A DNA stretch of 60,387 nt, filler included, from Squatina squatina (Eukaryota): assembly GCA_031763465.1 (NCBI GenBank). It is 4 parts of 4 records of this genome, joined end to end, with 100 filler letters (N's around TTAATTAATTAA, not from the genome) between each part and the next. Parts side by side here need not be neighbours in the genome. Positions count along the whole stretch, not along the records: positions 1 to 17,395 come from JARFOE010000013.1; 3 more parts are not named here. The stretch is one strand, 5' to 3'. The notes below the pieces were generated by a model. It saw only the letters and a program-made list of their open reading frames with translations. It searched no databases and had not been told where the DNA came from. Positions 1 to 11,779 of the stretch are shown here, piece after piece (within the stretch, counting starts at the first letter, position 1; each line of letters begins with the position of its first letter). The position numbers and the translations under genes were made by a program.

Positions 1-1489
1 TTGCTTGATTTTAATTGTAAAATATTTGTAAAATTTTTTACAATCACTACTCTTGGTTTCCTATTATTTTGGCAACTTCAGCATTTATTGGAGCTTTACT
101 TTTAGTCTCCGGTCATTTGACAGCACTTCAGCAAATAGCACCTGAAAGTCAAAACATCCAAAGGCATCATATCCTAAAAAGATTCCAACAAACTTGTTGT
201 GCACGACATGCCTTTTATAAACCTGCGTTGGCTTGGAATCATATTTCCTCATAATAATTCTGAATTGCTTCCTCTATAAACAGACTCCAATGTTTTGCTT
301 GCAATTGATGTCAAGCTAACAGCTCTATAATTTTGCAGATCATGCTTCTGACCTTTTTAAGAATTGGAACACGATATTTTTCCAATTGTCTGGTACTGCC
401 CCTGTATTCAATGAGCTGAAGGTTATAAGTTCCCCTCTTCCTACTCCCATCTCTACAAGCTGCTTTTATATTGGATTTGTTTTAATTCAGATTCCAGAAG
501 ACTGGTATCTTGTGAGCTGGCTTTCAAAGCTTATGTTAATAAATCAAGCGGCTCATAGAATCCACCACCAATACCAGGTTCAACAGTGTAAACTCTAGGA
601 GTCAACTCGTGGGCATCGGTTTTTCCAGATTAATTAATCCAGATTAAAATAAGGACAATATAAAAGCATCTCTGGATACATTTCATCTGGTCCTGCTGCT
701 TCCTATTAACAAACTCAATGAAAACATTTTTAAAAAATGTCCATAAATTTAAATGCATCTCCTACCCATACAATTAACAAAGGAATGCCTGCGCTCAAAA
801 ACATTTCACATTTCTGCCATTTTTTCTTGTCCCACACGTCTCTCCCGTTTGATACTTCATAATCTTATTTCAGTTGCTTCTTTCTTTCCAATTTTCTCCC
901 AATACAGAATTAACTTTTTTTTTTAAAAGCAGTNNNNNNNNNNNNNNNNNNNNNNNNNNNNNNNNNNNNNNNNNNNNNNNNNNNNNNNNNNNNNNNNNNN
1001 NNNNNNNNNNNNNNNNNNNNNNNNNNNNNNNNNACAACCAATACAACACAATGGAAATAAAAATATTAACATACACATACCAATTACACAATACTTTATA
1101 CTATATACTTTAAAAAAAACTAAATCTGCATTGCACCAGACATCAGCAACAGACAAGTTAATTTAAATACAAAATGCAAAAAAAACTAAATTACACATTT
1201 TGACAGGTTCACTCAATCACAACAAAACACACCCTACTAATGGAATGCCCCAAGCAATACATTAAAAAAAATTAAAAGCAAATTATTTTAACTGTGCTTT
1301 CTTCTTTTACCTGAATTTGGTTTAAGTTTCTGTATTATTGTGTTAAAGTCGCTCCTCAGAAGTTGAGGATCTTTATATCTATATATTAGGCTACAGAGAT
1401 CACTTCTTAAACAGACAGGGGTAAGACCAAAGAGACAAGTCAGTGCTGCAAAGTTAGTCAGCCTGATGGAAGGGGGAGGGGCAGCCGCA

Positions 1490-2190
1490 ACCAAACCTGA
1501 TAAACCGTCGCGGCGTGCGTACGTGACGTCTTGCAGCCTCCTCCGCGCTCGACCGACAAGCGAGGCAGCCAATCGGCGCGAGTAATGGCGCCCTGGCGCC
1601 GGATTCCCGTCCAATCGACGTCAAGACGTCGCGCCAATAGCTTCAGGGCAGGACTTCCGGTAACAAGTTGCGTTGACACGAAAGGCGCCACCCTAAATAA
1701 ATGATGAGGGAATTTCTTTTTTTCTCTTTACCCAACCGAACCCCCCCCTCCCTTTTCTTTTCCCTCAGTGCGGAATTTAAATGTATATTTTAACGTAGTT
1801 TTATCGTATGAAAGTCGACTTACGTGTTGCTGACTGGAAATCTTGCTACGGTAATTTTTATTTTTGCCCCCACCCTAACTTTATTTCAATTTCTCTCCTC
1901 CCTTTCGTCTGATTAATGGTTTTCAGGCTTGAATTCAATCTGTGCGACTGCTAAAGATCCTCGCCTCAACCTAATGTGATGACGCAGGACGTGATTGCCA
2001 CGACCTCGGACCAATTGCTTGGTGCGTCAGGGTTTGGTGACGCCGGATTGTGATGTCGCGCGGCCAGTTGCGTCGAGAGGTTTGTGGCTGAGCAGCCGGG
2101 GAGGTGGGACTTCACGGTGAAGCCGCAAATTAGGTTATCCATCAAACTGACATCCAAACCAACCCCCTTCCCACCCTATATAAGGGAGAT
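1490..2190. promoter_or_regulatory. CpG-island-type promoter with two motif clusters (gene unidentified)
   Basis: CpG-dense tracts at ~1500-1690 and ~1960-2130 in a CpG-poor background. CRE-like TGACGTC 1524-1530 and GACGTCA 1617-1623; CCAAT at 1569, 1611, 1634 and 2011; ETS-like ACTTCCGG 1653-1660. Confidence 0.7.
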
Positions 2191-2228
2191 TCAATCTTGT
2201 CAGCTAGTATTACTTAAAGAATTTTCTG

Positions 2229-2343
2229 GTTTCAGGTTGATGATCTATCGTCAGAACGGTTCTGACGAAGGGTCATCGAGCTGAAACGTTAACTATGTTT
2301 CCAGCTCCACATTTGCTGCCTGACCTGAGTATTGCCAGCATTT
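2229..2343 (+). mobile_element. Penelope-like element 3' end/pseudo-LTR fragment with a 5' inverted segment
   Basis: Homologous to the tail of the GIY-YIG-bearing copy at 38826-39400 (ctgacgaagggtc...gaaacgtt...gctgcctgacctg). 2229-2257 is an inverted copy of 2259-2287. Confidence 0.75.
2259..2293 (+). ncRNA. Putative minimal type I hammerhead ribozyme in a Penelope pseudo-LTR
   Basis: GTT-CTGACGA (2262-2268)-short helix II-GAAAC (2283-2287)-GT-T-AAC. Both catalytic boxes, a palindromic ACGT helix III and a GTT/AAC helix I are present. Confidence 0.55.
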
Positions 2344-2443
2344 NNNNNNNNNNNNNNNNNNNNNNNNNNNNNNNNNNNNNNNNNNNNNNNNNNNNNNNNN
2401 NNNNNNNNNNNNNNNNNNNNNNNNNNNNNNNNNNNNNNNNNNN

Positions 2444-3184
2444 TGATAGAGGAAACATAAGGAGATTGGGACTGCTGGTGAAAGGGGGGGTGTGATTGAG
2501 GTTGCTGGTATCGCTCATTAATTATTTCATCATGTAGAGCCTGGGCAGAATGGGGCTGTCTACGTTGTAGCCTCCCTTCCTCTTCCTCCATTTCCTCTTG
2601 CACTTCCTCCTCCTCCACTCCCTCCTCATTTTCTTCATGCTCCTCAGCTTCTCACCTGATAGGTGGTGGCAAGGGCTGTTCCCTCATAATGGCTGGGTTG
2701 TGCAGCATGCAGCATACTAATACAAATCTTGATACCCACTCAGCTAAGTACTACAGGGTTCCTCCAGAGCGGTCCAGGCAGTGGAAGCATTGTTTGGGGA
2801 TGCCAATGTTGTGCTCTATAATGATCCTTGTGGCAGCATGGCTCTCATTGTAGGCCTGCAGTGCACTTGTGCATGGGTTCCAGACCAGTGTCATAAACCA
2901 TGTCATCAGTGGATAACCCTTGTCTCCCAGTAGCCAGCCTCTGAATTGCCGTAGTGGGTCAAAATACAGTTGGCACAGAGGATTGCCACAGAATGAACAA
3001 ATTGTGACTACTGACAGGATAACAGGCATTGACCTGCATGGTGCACTACCTGTGGTCGCACACCAGCTGCACATTGAGGGAGTGGAATTTCTTTCGGTTC
3101 AGGAAAATGGCAGAGTTGACACAAGGCGCACACAAAGCAATATGTGTGTGCAGTCAATGGCACCCATGCAAACCCTCGTGCTCA
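2444..3184 (-). mobile_element. PIF/Harbinger transposase remnant, C-terminal half (HARBI1/DDE_Tnp_4-like), disrupted
   Basis: Minus-strand translation [14 protein letters not shown]...YNESHAATRIIIEHNIG...CLDRSGGTL, then CCMLHN and an acidic tail, with stops and frameshifts. Confidence 0.9.
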
Positions 3185-3284
3185 NNNNNNNNNNNNNNNN
3201 NNNNNNNNNNNNNNNNNNNNNNNNNNNNNNNNNNNNNNNNNNNNNNNNNNNNNNNNNNNNNNNNNNNNNNNNNNNNNNNNNNNN

Positions 3285-4145
3285 CCTCCAGGCAGTGGAT
3301 GTGTTGCTTGAGGATACCGATGGTGTGCTCTATAATGTTCCTTGTGGCAGCGTGACTCCCACTGTAAGCCTGCTGTGCAAGTTGCATGGGTTCCGGACCA
3401 GAGTCATGAGCCACGTCATAAGTGGATAACCTTTGTCACCAAGTAGCCAGCCTTTGACTTGCCATGGCGGGTCAAATACAGATAGCACAGAGGACAGCCG
3501 CTGAATGAATCACGACTACAGCCAGGATAATCGGTATTGACCTGTATGATGTGCTACCTGCGGCCACCCACTAGCTGCACATTGAGGGAGTGGAATCACT
3601 TGCAGTTTAGGAAAATGGCCGAGTTCACATGAGGCACATGCAAGGCAATGTGCATGCAGTCAGTGGAACTCTGCACCATGATAAAGCTTACAATCCATGC
3701 AAACCATCATGCTTGCTGTGCCTGCTTGTCTCTAGAGAGAGAGAATGAGATAAACCTGACCTTCCTTCTGCAGTAGTGTACTGCGAACTGTGGATTGTTC
3801 TCCAGCAGCAGCCTGGAAGGAGCCAGATGCGTAAAAGTTAAGAACCAAAGTCACCTTGACAGCCACGGGCAATGCATTCCTTGCTCTGCTTTGAGGTTGC
3901 AGTTGTGGCTCCAGCGATTTCAGTCGTAACTTCTTTTGTGAAGTGAAGACGTTTCAAGCATTGGTCCTGAAGTTTAGGTAAGAGAATTGTTCCCTAAAGT
4001 CTCTCTGCAGATGTGGCCTCCTGCTGAGAGCCCTTCTTCCCCTCTTTCTCCTCCCTGTTCTAGCAGCTTGTCCTGCTCTGCAAAGCCTCTCTTCATTCTC
4101 CCAGTTTTGCTCAGTTCCAAGAGGAAGGCCTATCAAGCAACCCAT
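3285..4145 (-). mobile_element. PIF/Harbinger transposase remnant, N-terminal and central part (second, diverged copy)
   Basis: Starts MGCLIGLPLG...RRALSRRPHLQRDFREQFSYLNF at 4145, continues through degenerate NFYASGSFQAAAG, and reaches [10 protein letters not shown] and HAATRNIIEHTIGILKQ. Confidence 0.9.
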
Positions 4146-5177
4146 GTCTGAGAGCAACTTGTTACAGCACAAGCTTTTGAATGAACAAAAACGTATTTCA
4201 GCCCCAATCAGACCACTCACTCCCTGTACAATATTGCAGCTTTAGACAAGTATAGAAAAGTTCCAAAAATTGCACCAAGCTAGCACTTTGTAGGAACNNN
4301 NNNNNNNNNNNNNNNNNNNNNNNNNNNNNNNNNNNNNNNNNNNNNNNNNNNNNNNNNNNNNNNNNNNNNNNNNNNNNNNNNNNNNNNNNNNNNNNNNAAA
4401 TGTTAAATATCCTTATAAATGAACCAATTGCATTGTCTAAGCTTAGAAAGGTAGAGGTGAAAAAGAATGATATTTGCAGCAAGCTGTTGCTGGGTTGCTT
4501 TGCTGTTTGTCAAACATTTGAGAAGGTAATTAAAATATCTTCAAGCCCCTGTCCATGATGTCGGAGGTCACCTTGTCATAATGTCTGCAGTAATACGTTT
4601 CCATTTTAGTTCCTCTGATTTAATTCCCAAAACAGCCATTGTGCCTCCCACCCCTCCTCCTCCAGCAGTAAGTTGGCAGATGTCCCAGGCAGGTGCAAGT
4701 AAAGAAACAGCCGTCTCAGCGCATTGCAGGCAAATTCCTATGATGATGTTGTTCATCCATATTGGGAGTTTTCTGAATGAGCTAAATTCTCAGAACAACC
4801 AGGAATAGACCTAGCCTTGGATGCCTGGAACCTTTGGTTAATCTCTCACTGCTGCAGAGATTGAATCTACTGCTGTGTTAACTATTTATGATGATGTTCT
4901 TCCATGGTTCCTTTTCATAAGATGGATCACGGACAAGAAAAGGCCATTGGGTCCGCCGAACTCCATCCCAACTAAGCATCCAACAGTCCTTTTGAGTACC
5001 TTATAGTGTTCACCACCCTATTCTCTTACTTGGCAAGTTATTCCAGATATTTATCAGCCTTTGCATGAAGGAGTTCTTTTCGTATCTGTTCTAAATTTAT
5101 TTTTCAACTTGTGCCTTATTTTATAATAATATTCAGGGTTGCAGACAGCTCCAGCAGAGAACTGACACAGGCACGAT

Positions 5178-5680
5178 AGGGCCAATTTTAACCCAGATGA
5201 CCAAACAGTTCAAATGGCTGCAGCGACTTACCCATTCCGCATCCAGCTGCCTTCCTATGGGTTGTAATTTTAACCTGCTCTCTTTTGAGCAGGTGAGCGG
5301 GACATGCGATAGAAGGTAGCGGGGTCCTTCTTTAAATATGCAGATCAGGCTCTGATTATATCATCTGGGCCTGATTGCAATTTTAACCCAAGGTCTGCTC
5401 GGGGGAAGCTGTTGTGGCTTCTCCATTAGGCCAACTTGCCAGCAAGTTGATCCAGGGCCAGAAGAGGTCTAGAAAGCCCTTGGGCCTGCTCCACCACCCC
5501 CCACCTGCACCACCCCCCGCACCCCCCGCACCCCAGTTTAGGCAGCAGACTGACAGGGCTCATGCAGATGAGGCCCAGGAACTAAAATCTCCTGGGCCTT
5601 GTGCAGTGGAGGGCTGGACGGTTTCCTGTACACCTCAGACCACTACCCGCACGAATCTCGCCGGGAGTTAAAATTCGGGC
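5178..5680. mobile_element. Non-autonomous TIR element (MITE-like)
   Basis: Ends gggccaattttaac and gttaaaattcgggc are imperfect inverted repeats. The interior is GC-rich with no recognisable protein. Confidence 0.45.
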
Positions 5681-6374
5681 TGATGTGTTTAATGGCCTCT
5701 TTCTGAGCTGTAAACAATGAGTAAGGTCGTTCGGCCCATCCCAGCTCCTTCATTCACAAAACCTACATTTCCTCCATCACAGTTTCTCAAATGATTTTTA
5801 AATGGTGTTTAATCTCAAATGGTTATTGAGGCAGAGACTGCTGCCAACGAACCAGAAGTAGTTGCGCCTGTGCAGTTCCAATGTTTCTTTTTGCTTCTCG
5901 TTGCCAGACTTCCCAAAATGAGGAATGAAGATTTAGAGAATTCTGTTAGAACTGCTAATTTTAAATAAAATTCGAACTGTGAGTTTTTAAAAAAAAGTTG
6001 TTGTTTGTTGTTCAAGACAGCGAATCTTAAACTGGAAACGTCACCAGTAACATTAACCCAACAGAGTAACCTTAATGAAACTTTATTAGTGATGTGCTTC
6101 GGCACTTCTCAGATCCTCTGTCTGTTGTGGTGAATGTTATTTTAAAAATTTGGGACCTGACAGTTATGCGCAGAATGCTACTGCGCAGCTTCCGATAGCT
6201 TCTAGTTCGTGGCAGGNNNNNNNNNNGGAGTGACTCTGAATATTATTTAGAAGTGAATTCAATAAGTATTTGAAAAGGAGCAAAATAAAAGGTCAGGGGG
6301 TAAAGGGAGAAAAATAGGTTCAGCCCAGCACTGGTGATGTGAACTGAGTGGTCCTTCTGCGCTGTAACATCTAC

Positions 6375-6531
6375 GATGTTACGCACATGTTCAAAAAAGA
6401 GGAGAGGGATAAACCCAGCAATTAGAGGCTAGTCAATGGTGCAGAAACGTTTAGAGACAATAATCCGGGAAAAAATTAGTTGGCATTTGGAAAATTATGG
6501 GCTAATAAATGAAAGTCAGCAAAGATTTGTT
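6375..6531 (+). mobile_element. CR1-type LINE reverse transcriptase fragment
   Basis: FKK..RDKPSN*RLV and LETIIREKISWHLENYGLINESQQRFV match the start of the CR1 RT domain. Confidence 0.75.
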
Positions 6532-6631
6532 NNNNNNNNNNNNNNNNNNNNNNNNNNNNNNNNNNNNNNNNNNNNNNNNNNNNNNNNNNNNNNNNNNNNN
6601 NNNNNNNNNNNNNNNNNNNNNNNNNNNNNNN

Positions 6632-7325
6632 ACAGTCCTATTTGGCCTTGAGCTGAGCTGATTACCCATATCCTCTCCATCACCAAGACAACCTACTTCC
6701 ACCTCCATAACATTGCCTGTCTCCGCCCCTGCTTCAGCCCATCTGCTGTTGAAACCCTCATCCATGCTTTTGTTACCGTCAGACATGACTATTTCAATGC
6801 TTCTCTGGCCAGCCTCCCATCTTCCACCCTCCATAAACTTGAGCTCATCCGAAGCTCTGCTGCCCGTATCCTAACTTACGCTGAGCCCCATTCACCAATC
6901 ACCCCTGTGCTTGTTAACCAACATTGGCTCCCAATCCCTGAAGGCCTCCATTTTAAAATTCTCATCCTCATGTTCAAATGCCTCCATGGCCTCGCTCCTC
7001 CTCATCCCTATAACCTCCTCCAGTCCTACAACACACCAAGAGCTCGACATTCCTGCAACTGTGACCTCTTATCCATCCACTTCCTTCACCCCACCATTGA
7101 CAGCCATGCCTTCAACTGTCCAGGCCTAAGCTCTGCAACTCCCTCGCTCTGCCACTTCATCTCTCAAACCATCTTTAAGATCTACCTCTGGCCAAGCACT
7201 TGGTCACCTATCCTAAAGTTCTTTCTTTGGCTCATTGTTAATTTTTCTTTGATTATGCTCCTGTGAAGTGCCTTGGGATGTTTTACTATGTTAAAGTGCT
7301 ATATAAATGTGCATTGTTTTTGTTG
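6632..7325 (+). mobile_element. L2 LINE 3' end (ORF2 C-terminus plus tail)
   Basis: YFHLHNIACLRP...ETLIHAFVT...PITPVLVNQHWLPI...FKILILMFKCLHGLAP, followed by the tail gtgaagtgccttgggatg...gctatataaatg. Confidence 0.9.
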
Positions 7326-7763
7326 TTGGGAGTGACCTACTTGACCAGGTTTGATCTTGTTTGATGGAAATGAAGGAGTGAGGAATGAGTCAGGCCATGA
7401 AATTACAGATTGCTGTGATCTACGATTCTGCTGATGCCAATGCTTGTATGTAAAGAATGGGCACTTGGGTGAAATATCAGTGAATTGTCGGCACCTGAGG
7501 AAGGGGCAAGCGTAATACCAGCAAGAGCCTTTAGAATGAAAGGAAAGCAAATTGAAAACAAATTTTAAAATCCTTATTATAGACACTGAAAAAGTTCTGT
7601 AATGATAAAGCATCCAAGAACAATCTCCACATAAACCAATAAAACCTCAACCTACCTAGTCCACTTCTAAACAGTCATACCTGTGTCACATTTCATCAAA
7701 ACGTTGTCTCTCCCTTGGTCTGTATATGTGTTAACAACCTTTATTAGGACTAGAATCTCTAAG

Positions 7764-8005
7764 TCCATCAATATGACTCCCAACTCATTCAATAAGAGTG
7801 TTCAGTTCTATCAGCCAGGGCCTAGAACTCTATCAACTGGGATCTCCAGTTCCATCAACCAGAAACACCAGCTCAATCAACCAGAAACACCAGCTCAATC
7901 AACCAGAAACACCAGCTTAATTAATCAGAAACACCAGCTCAATCAACCAGAAACACCAGCTCAATCAACCAGGACATCCAGGTCCATGAACTAGGGTCTC
8001 CAGCT
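7764..8005. repeat. 22-bp minisatellite (TCAATCAACCAGAAACACCAGC)
   Basis: About five near-identical units at 7851-7972, flanked by degenerate units in the same register. Confidence 0.85.
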
Positions 8006-8421
8006 TCCTCAGTAAGACCTCAGATACAAGTTTTAGGAGCCCTGTTGGTGAACAATTCCTTCAGTTAGCTTCAGCTCCATACAAATTAGAGTTCCTGTGG
8101 TCCGAGCTTGTCCATGCAACACAAATAGTGAACACTCCAAAGCAGAACAAGAACAGTAAACCTACAAAGCCAGCATAATGATTACCAGTACGTTGATCCT
8201 CTTGATTAGGAACAGTTCAGGGATATTTTAAAGAAGGAAAATAAAACAAGCAAAAACAGACAAAGAATGGACAACAGGCTTAGATCTGAAGGATTTCAGA
8301 CCAGTGCAATTGATCTTATTTTGTTCCCTCCTAATCCCATGAGTGCACAATGACGGTAATGGTTTTGGATTTATACTTTTCATCCCCTTTACCAGAAATC
8401 AGTTAGTCCTAAGATACAGAC

Positions 8422-8595
8422 CCAGTGTAGCTAAGACATGGCGAAGTTCAGCCCCCATTACTGTGCCATTTCCTTCCTTATCGAACACTCTCAGACCCTC
8501 AACGAAGTCCTCAAATGTGCCCTGGTCCTTAGCTTTGCAGATATGTTGATGCATCGGCAGAAAGGTGTCAAAGTCCAACATCTTTATATTCATCT
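8422..8595 (-). CDS. MYL3: Internal exon of a myosin essential light chain (MYL3-like, cardiac/slow type)
   Basis: 174-nt exon with ttttccag acceptor and GTCTGT donor. Encodes (E)[57 protein letters not shown](G). The family is secure; MYL3 over MYL4 rests on KEGNG/LPM and on neighbouring KLHL18 and SETD2 exons. Confidence 0.85.
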
Positions 8596-8884
8596 CTGGA
8601 AAATAAAGGAAATTAAATTTATTTTATTAAAAAAATTTTTAATCACAGTATATAACTAGGTGCAACAGAGCATCACGAATCCCATGAATTTCTACATTTG
8701 CACTTAGACAATCACTGTTGAAGTACCGTAAGTTCACTTAAAACATTACAAAGTGACAATGTTGNNNNNNNNNNNNNNNNNNNNNNNNNNNNNNNNNNNN
8801 NNNNNNNNNNNNNNNNNNNNNNNNNNNNNNNNNNNNNNNNNNNNNNNNNNNNNNNNNNNNNNNNATCGCAATTTCAGGGCCATA

Positions 8885-9313
8885 GTACCTTTCATGACCT
8901 CAGGATGTCCCAAAGCGCTTTATAGCTAAGTAAGTAGTTTTCTTGAAGTGTAGTCGCCGTTCTAATGGAGGAAACGTGGCAGCCGATTTGCACACAGCAA
9001 AGTCCCACAAACAGCAATGTGATAAGACCATTGGTTCAAGTGACTTTGGTTTGGTTGATATTGGCCAGTACACAGGGGAGAACTTCCCTGCTCTTCTTTG
9101 AAATAGTGCCATGGGATCTTTTACTTCCACCTGAGAGGTCAGACGGGGCCTCAGTTTAAAGTCTCAACTGAAAGATGGCACCTCTGACAATGTAGCACTC
9201 GTTCAGCACTGCACTGGAGTGTTAGCTTAGATTATGTGCTCGAATCTCTGAAGTGGGACTTGAACTCAGACCCTTCTGACGCAGAGGCAAGACTGCTCCC
9301 ACTGAACCATGAC
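8885..9313 (-). mobile_element. DeuSINE (SacSINE1/AmnSINE1-related), near full length
   Basis: The reverse complement shows a tRNA-like head, the Deu-domain core (gaggccccgtctgacctctcaggtggaagtaaaagatccc) and an L2-like tail. Homologous to 12000-12450. Confidence 0.8.
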
Positions 9314-11160
9314 TATAGAAATCTCTTTTCCTGCCTAAGCGTATGATCTGTCAAGAAAAATCTTGACAGATCGCAAGTGCCGGATGGCACTGGGCATGCG
9401 CAGTGCAGCCCCAGATTCAGCACTTGGGCGTTCCCCCTGGATACATGGGAAAATCGTACCCACCCGGGGGGGGGGGAAATTTCAGCCCCAATATTAAAAA
9501 AGCAAGGAATGAGAAATGGCCACTGAAGCTTCCTTCCAAATGTCATCCGCTCTGATCTGGACTCTACCCAAATCCTACTTTTTCTCCTTAAGAAAGGTTC
9601 TGTAAAACTTCTCCCAGCCCCAGAGGTAAGTCAAGCAAAACTCCAGAATGCCTCCTACATTATTCATCCCAGACAAGTTCCCACCTTTGACATGACATTT
9701 CCATGCTCTCAGCAGCAACAACAAAAACTTGCATTTATATAGCAACTTTAACGTAGTAAAAACGACTCAAGGCGCTTCACAGGAGTGTAATAAAACAAAA
9801 TATGACACCGATCCATGTGTTCCAAGCGATATTTAGTCACCTCTGTCTGTGCTTTTCCTTTTAGCCATAAATCTCAATTCCTAATTCGATATCCATCCAA
9901 ATCTTTTATTGAAGTTGTTAATCGACATGGCAATAACTGCTTTATCTGAGTCTATTCCATTTACTTGTTGATCTGTGGAGGTAAAAAAAACCTTCTAATC
10001 TTCATGTTTCATTTAGTGCTTGTCAATTTTGGATCCTGTCCTCTTGTTTTGTGCTCAGAGACCCAGTTAATTAATTTACTTGCATTTACATTCTTCTCAG
10101 ACACCAAAATAACTGGGATCATGATCCATCATCGTCCGTCTATTCTCTAAAANNNNNNNNNNAACTAGTTCAGTTCGGTGAGTCTCTCCTTACAACTTAG
10201 AGCACTGAATTCTGGAATCATCCTGTCTCTGAACCCTCTCCAATGCAGAAATGTCTTTTTGAAGGCTAATGTGTTCAAAACTGTCCAAGATATTCAGAAC
10301 ATTGCGTTCTATTATGCAGGTCCTGGTATATCTTATAGGTTGAAAAACACACTTCAAATGGTTGAACTAGCCAGCGCTGCAACGGTTAATGCCTCACAAC
10401 AGGACTGAGCCAGAGATCTTAACTGTGTTAAGTTTCTTTCAACTTAATGTGATGTCACACCAAAGTCATCCAAAGATAGCTGGAATCATCAAAATGTTGG
10501 CACAAAATGCCCCTCCTCTCTGCTTCCCCTCCCTTGGTGTCTGTGACATGCCTGATGAAAGCTGTTTAAATAGCTTGTTCCATATCCTCAATCCAATTCT
10601 GGACTTTCCCTTGGGAGGCACCTGGCATTTGTCCTCTCAAAGGCATCGAGATTGACGACAACAGTGGTTACTCCCCCACCCCCACAGTAAGTGACCTNNN
10701 NNNNNNNNNNNNNNNNNNNNNNNNNNNNNNNNNNNNNNNNNNNNNNNNNNNNNNNNNNNNNNNNNNNNNNNNNNNNNNNNNNNNNNNNNNNNNNNNNGTT
10801 CATGACTCGGATCGTCATCTTGGAGTACTGAGTCAAACAGGTAAACTGCGCAATGTGCTGAAACTTTGTTGTGGGCCTGGGGGTGGAGGAGAGGGACAAT
10901 CAGACCAGCCAGATTCCTTTAAGGGGCATTTGCTGAGAGTTGCATCTTGGACAATCCTTGCCAAATTTCAGACAGAGAATGGGTTATTTGCAGCAGGAGG
11001 CTCACTTCTGACTCCTCATCTCCAGCTGAAGAAAAAAAAAATTTTGTCGCCGATAATTCTGCTCTATTAACGAGGAGCACAAATAAATGACAACATGAAA
11101 CATTCCTTAAAGGAGCTGGACTAGTCTAGACCTTTTGAACATCCCCGAGTTAACACAGAC

Positions 11161-11297
11161 CAGCAGAATTGAGTCCTCCCACTGCGTAGATCAAGCCAGC
11201 GATGGAGGTGCAGCATCTTGGCCGTGTCTTGAAAGATGGCAGGTGAGGGCGGCGCTCGGGCATCAGGTGATAGTCCTTTGCCTCGTCAACGAGGTCC
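11161..11297 (-). CDS. KLHL18: Internal exon of kelch-like protein 18 (end of BACK region to first kelch repeat)
   Basis: 137-nt exon with ttttgttttacag acceptor and GT donor. Encodes (R)[45 protein letters not shown]. Not represented in the ORF track. Confidence 0.92.
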
Positions 11298-11779
11298 CTG
11301 TAAAACAAAATGGCACAGTCCTGAGATTCACAGACCAGCAGCTCTCCTACTTCANNNNNNNNNNNNNNNNNNNNNNNNNNNNNNNNNNNNNNNNNNNNNN
11401 NNNNNNNNNNNNNNNNNNNNNNNNNNNNNNNNNNNNNNNNNNNNNNNNNNNNNNTCCCCTTGTGCTACTGTCAGGGATTAGTTAGAAGTACTGTTCCAGT
11501 CTACTTTGTCAACTGGTTTACTATATCTGTAAGATCATCTCTTTCCTTTTCAGCCCCCTTTCCAGGGTGAAGTACCCAGGGGATCAACTTTAACCTGGAG
11601 CAGGTTTTGGGCAGGCAGGGAAGGGGGGCAGGGCGCTGACAAGGGAGACGGACCTACGTCGGGCTATTTAAGTAAAATAAAGAAGTGAACCTGACCGCGG
11701 AAATGCGGAGTGGGTTCAGGTTACCATGTGTGAAGTGCACCCGGTTCAGGATTTTAATGCACTTTCTTTCTGCCTGCAG

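Noticed and set aside
2444-4145. Domesticated HARBI1 gene
   Set aside because: Multiple diverged copies carry stops and frameshifts, so these are transposon fossils.
4738-4778. C/D-box snoRNA-like ATGATGA...CTGA
   Set aside because: Too short (~37 nt), no convincing terminal stem and no recognisable rRNA complementarity.
7683-7994. 103-aa ORF with repeated NQKHQLNQPETPAQS; also considered as a CRISPR-like array
   Set aside because: It arises from a 22-bp minisatellite. The unit is not a multiple of 3, there are no unique spacers, and the context is eukaryotic.
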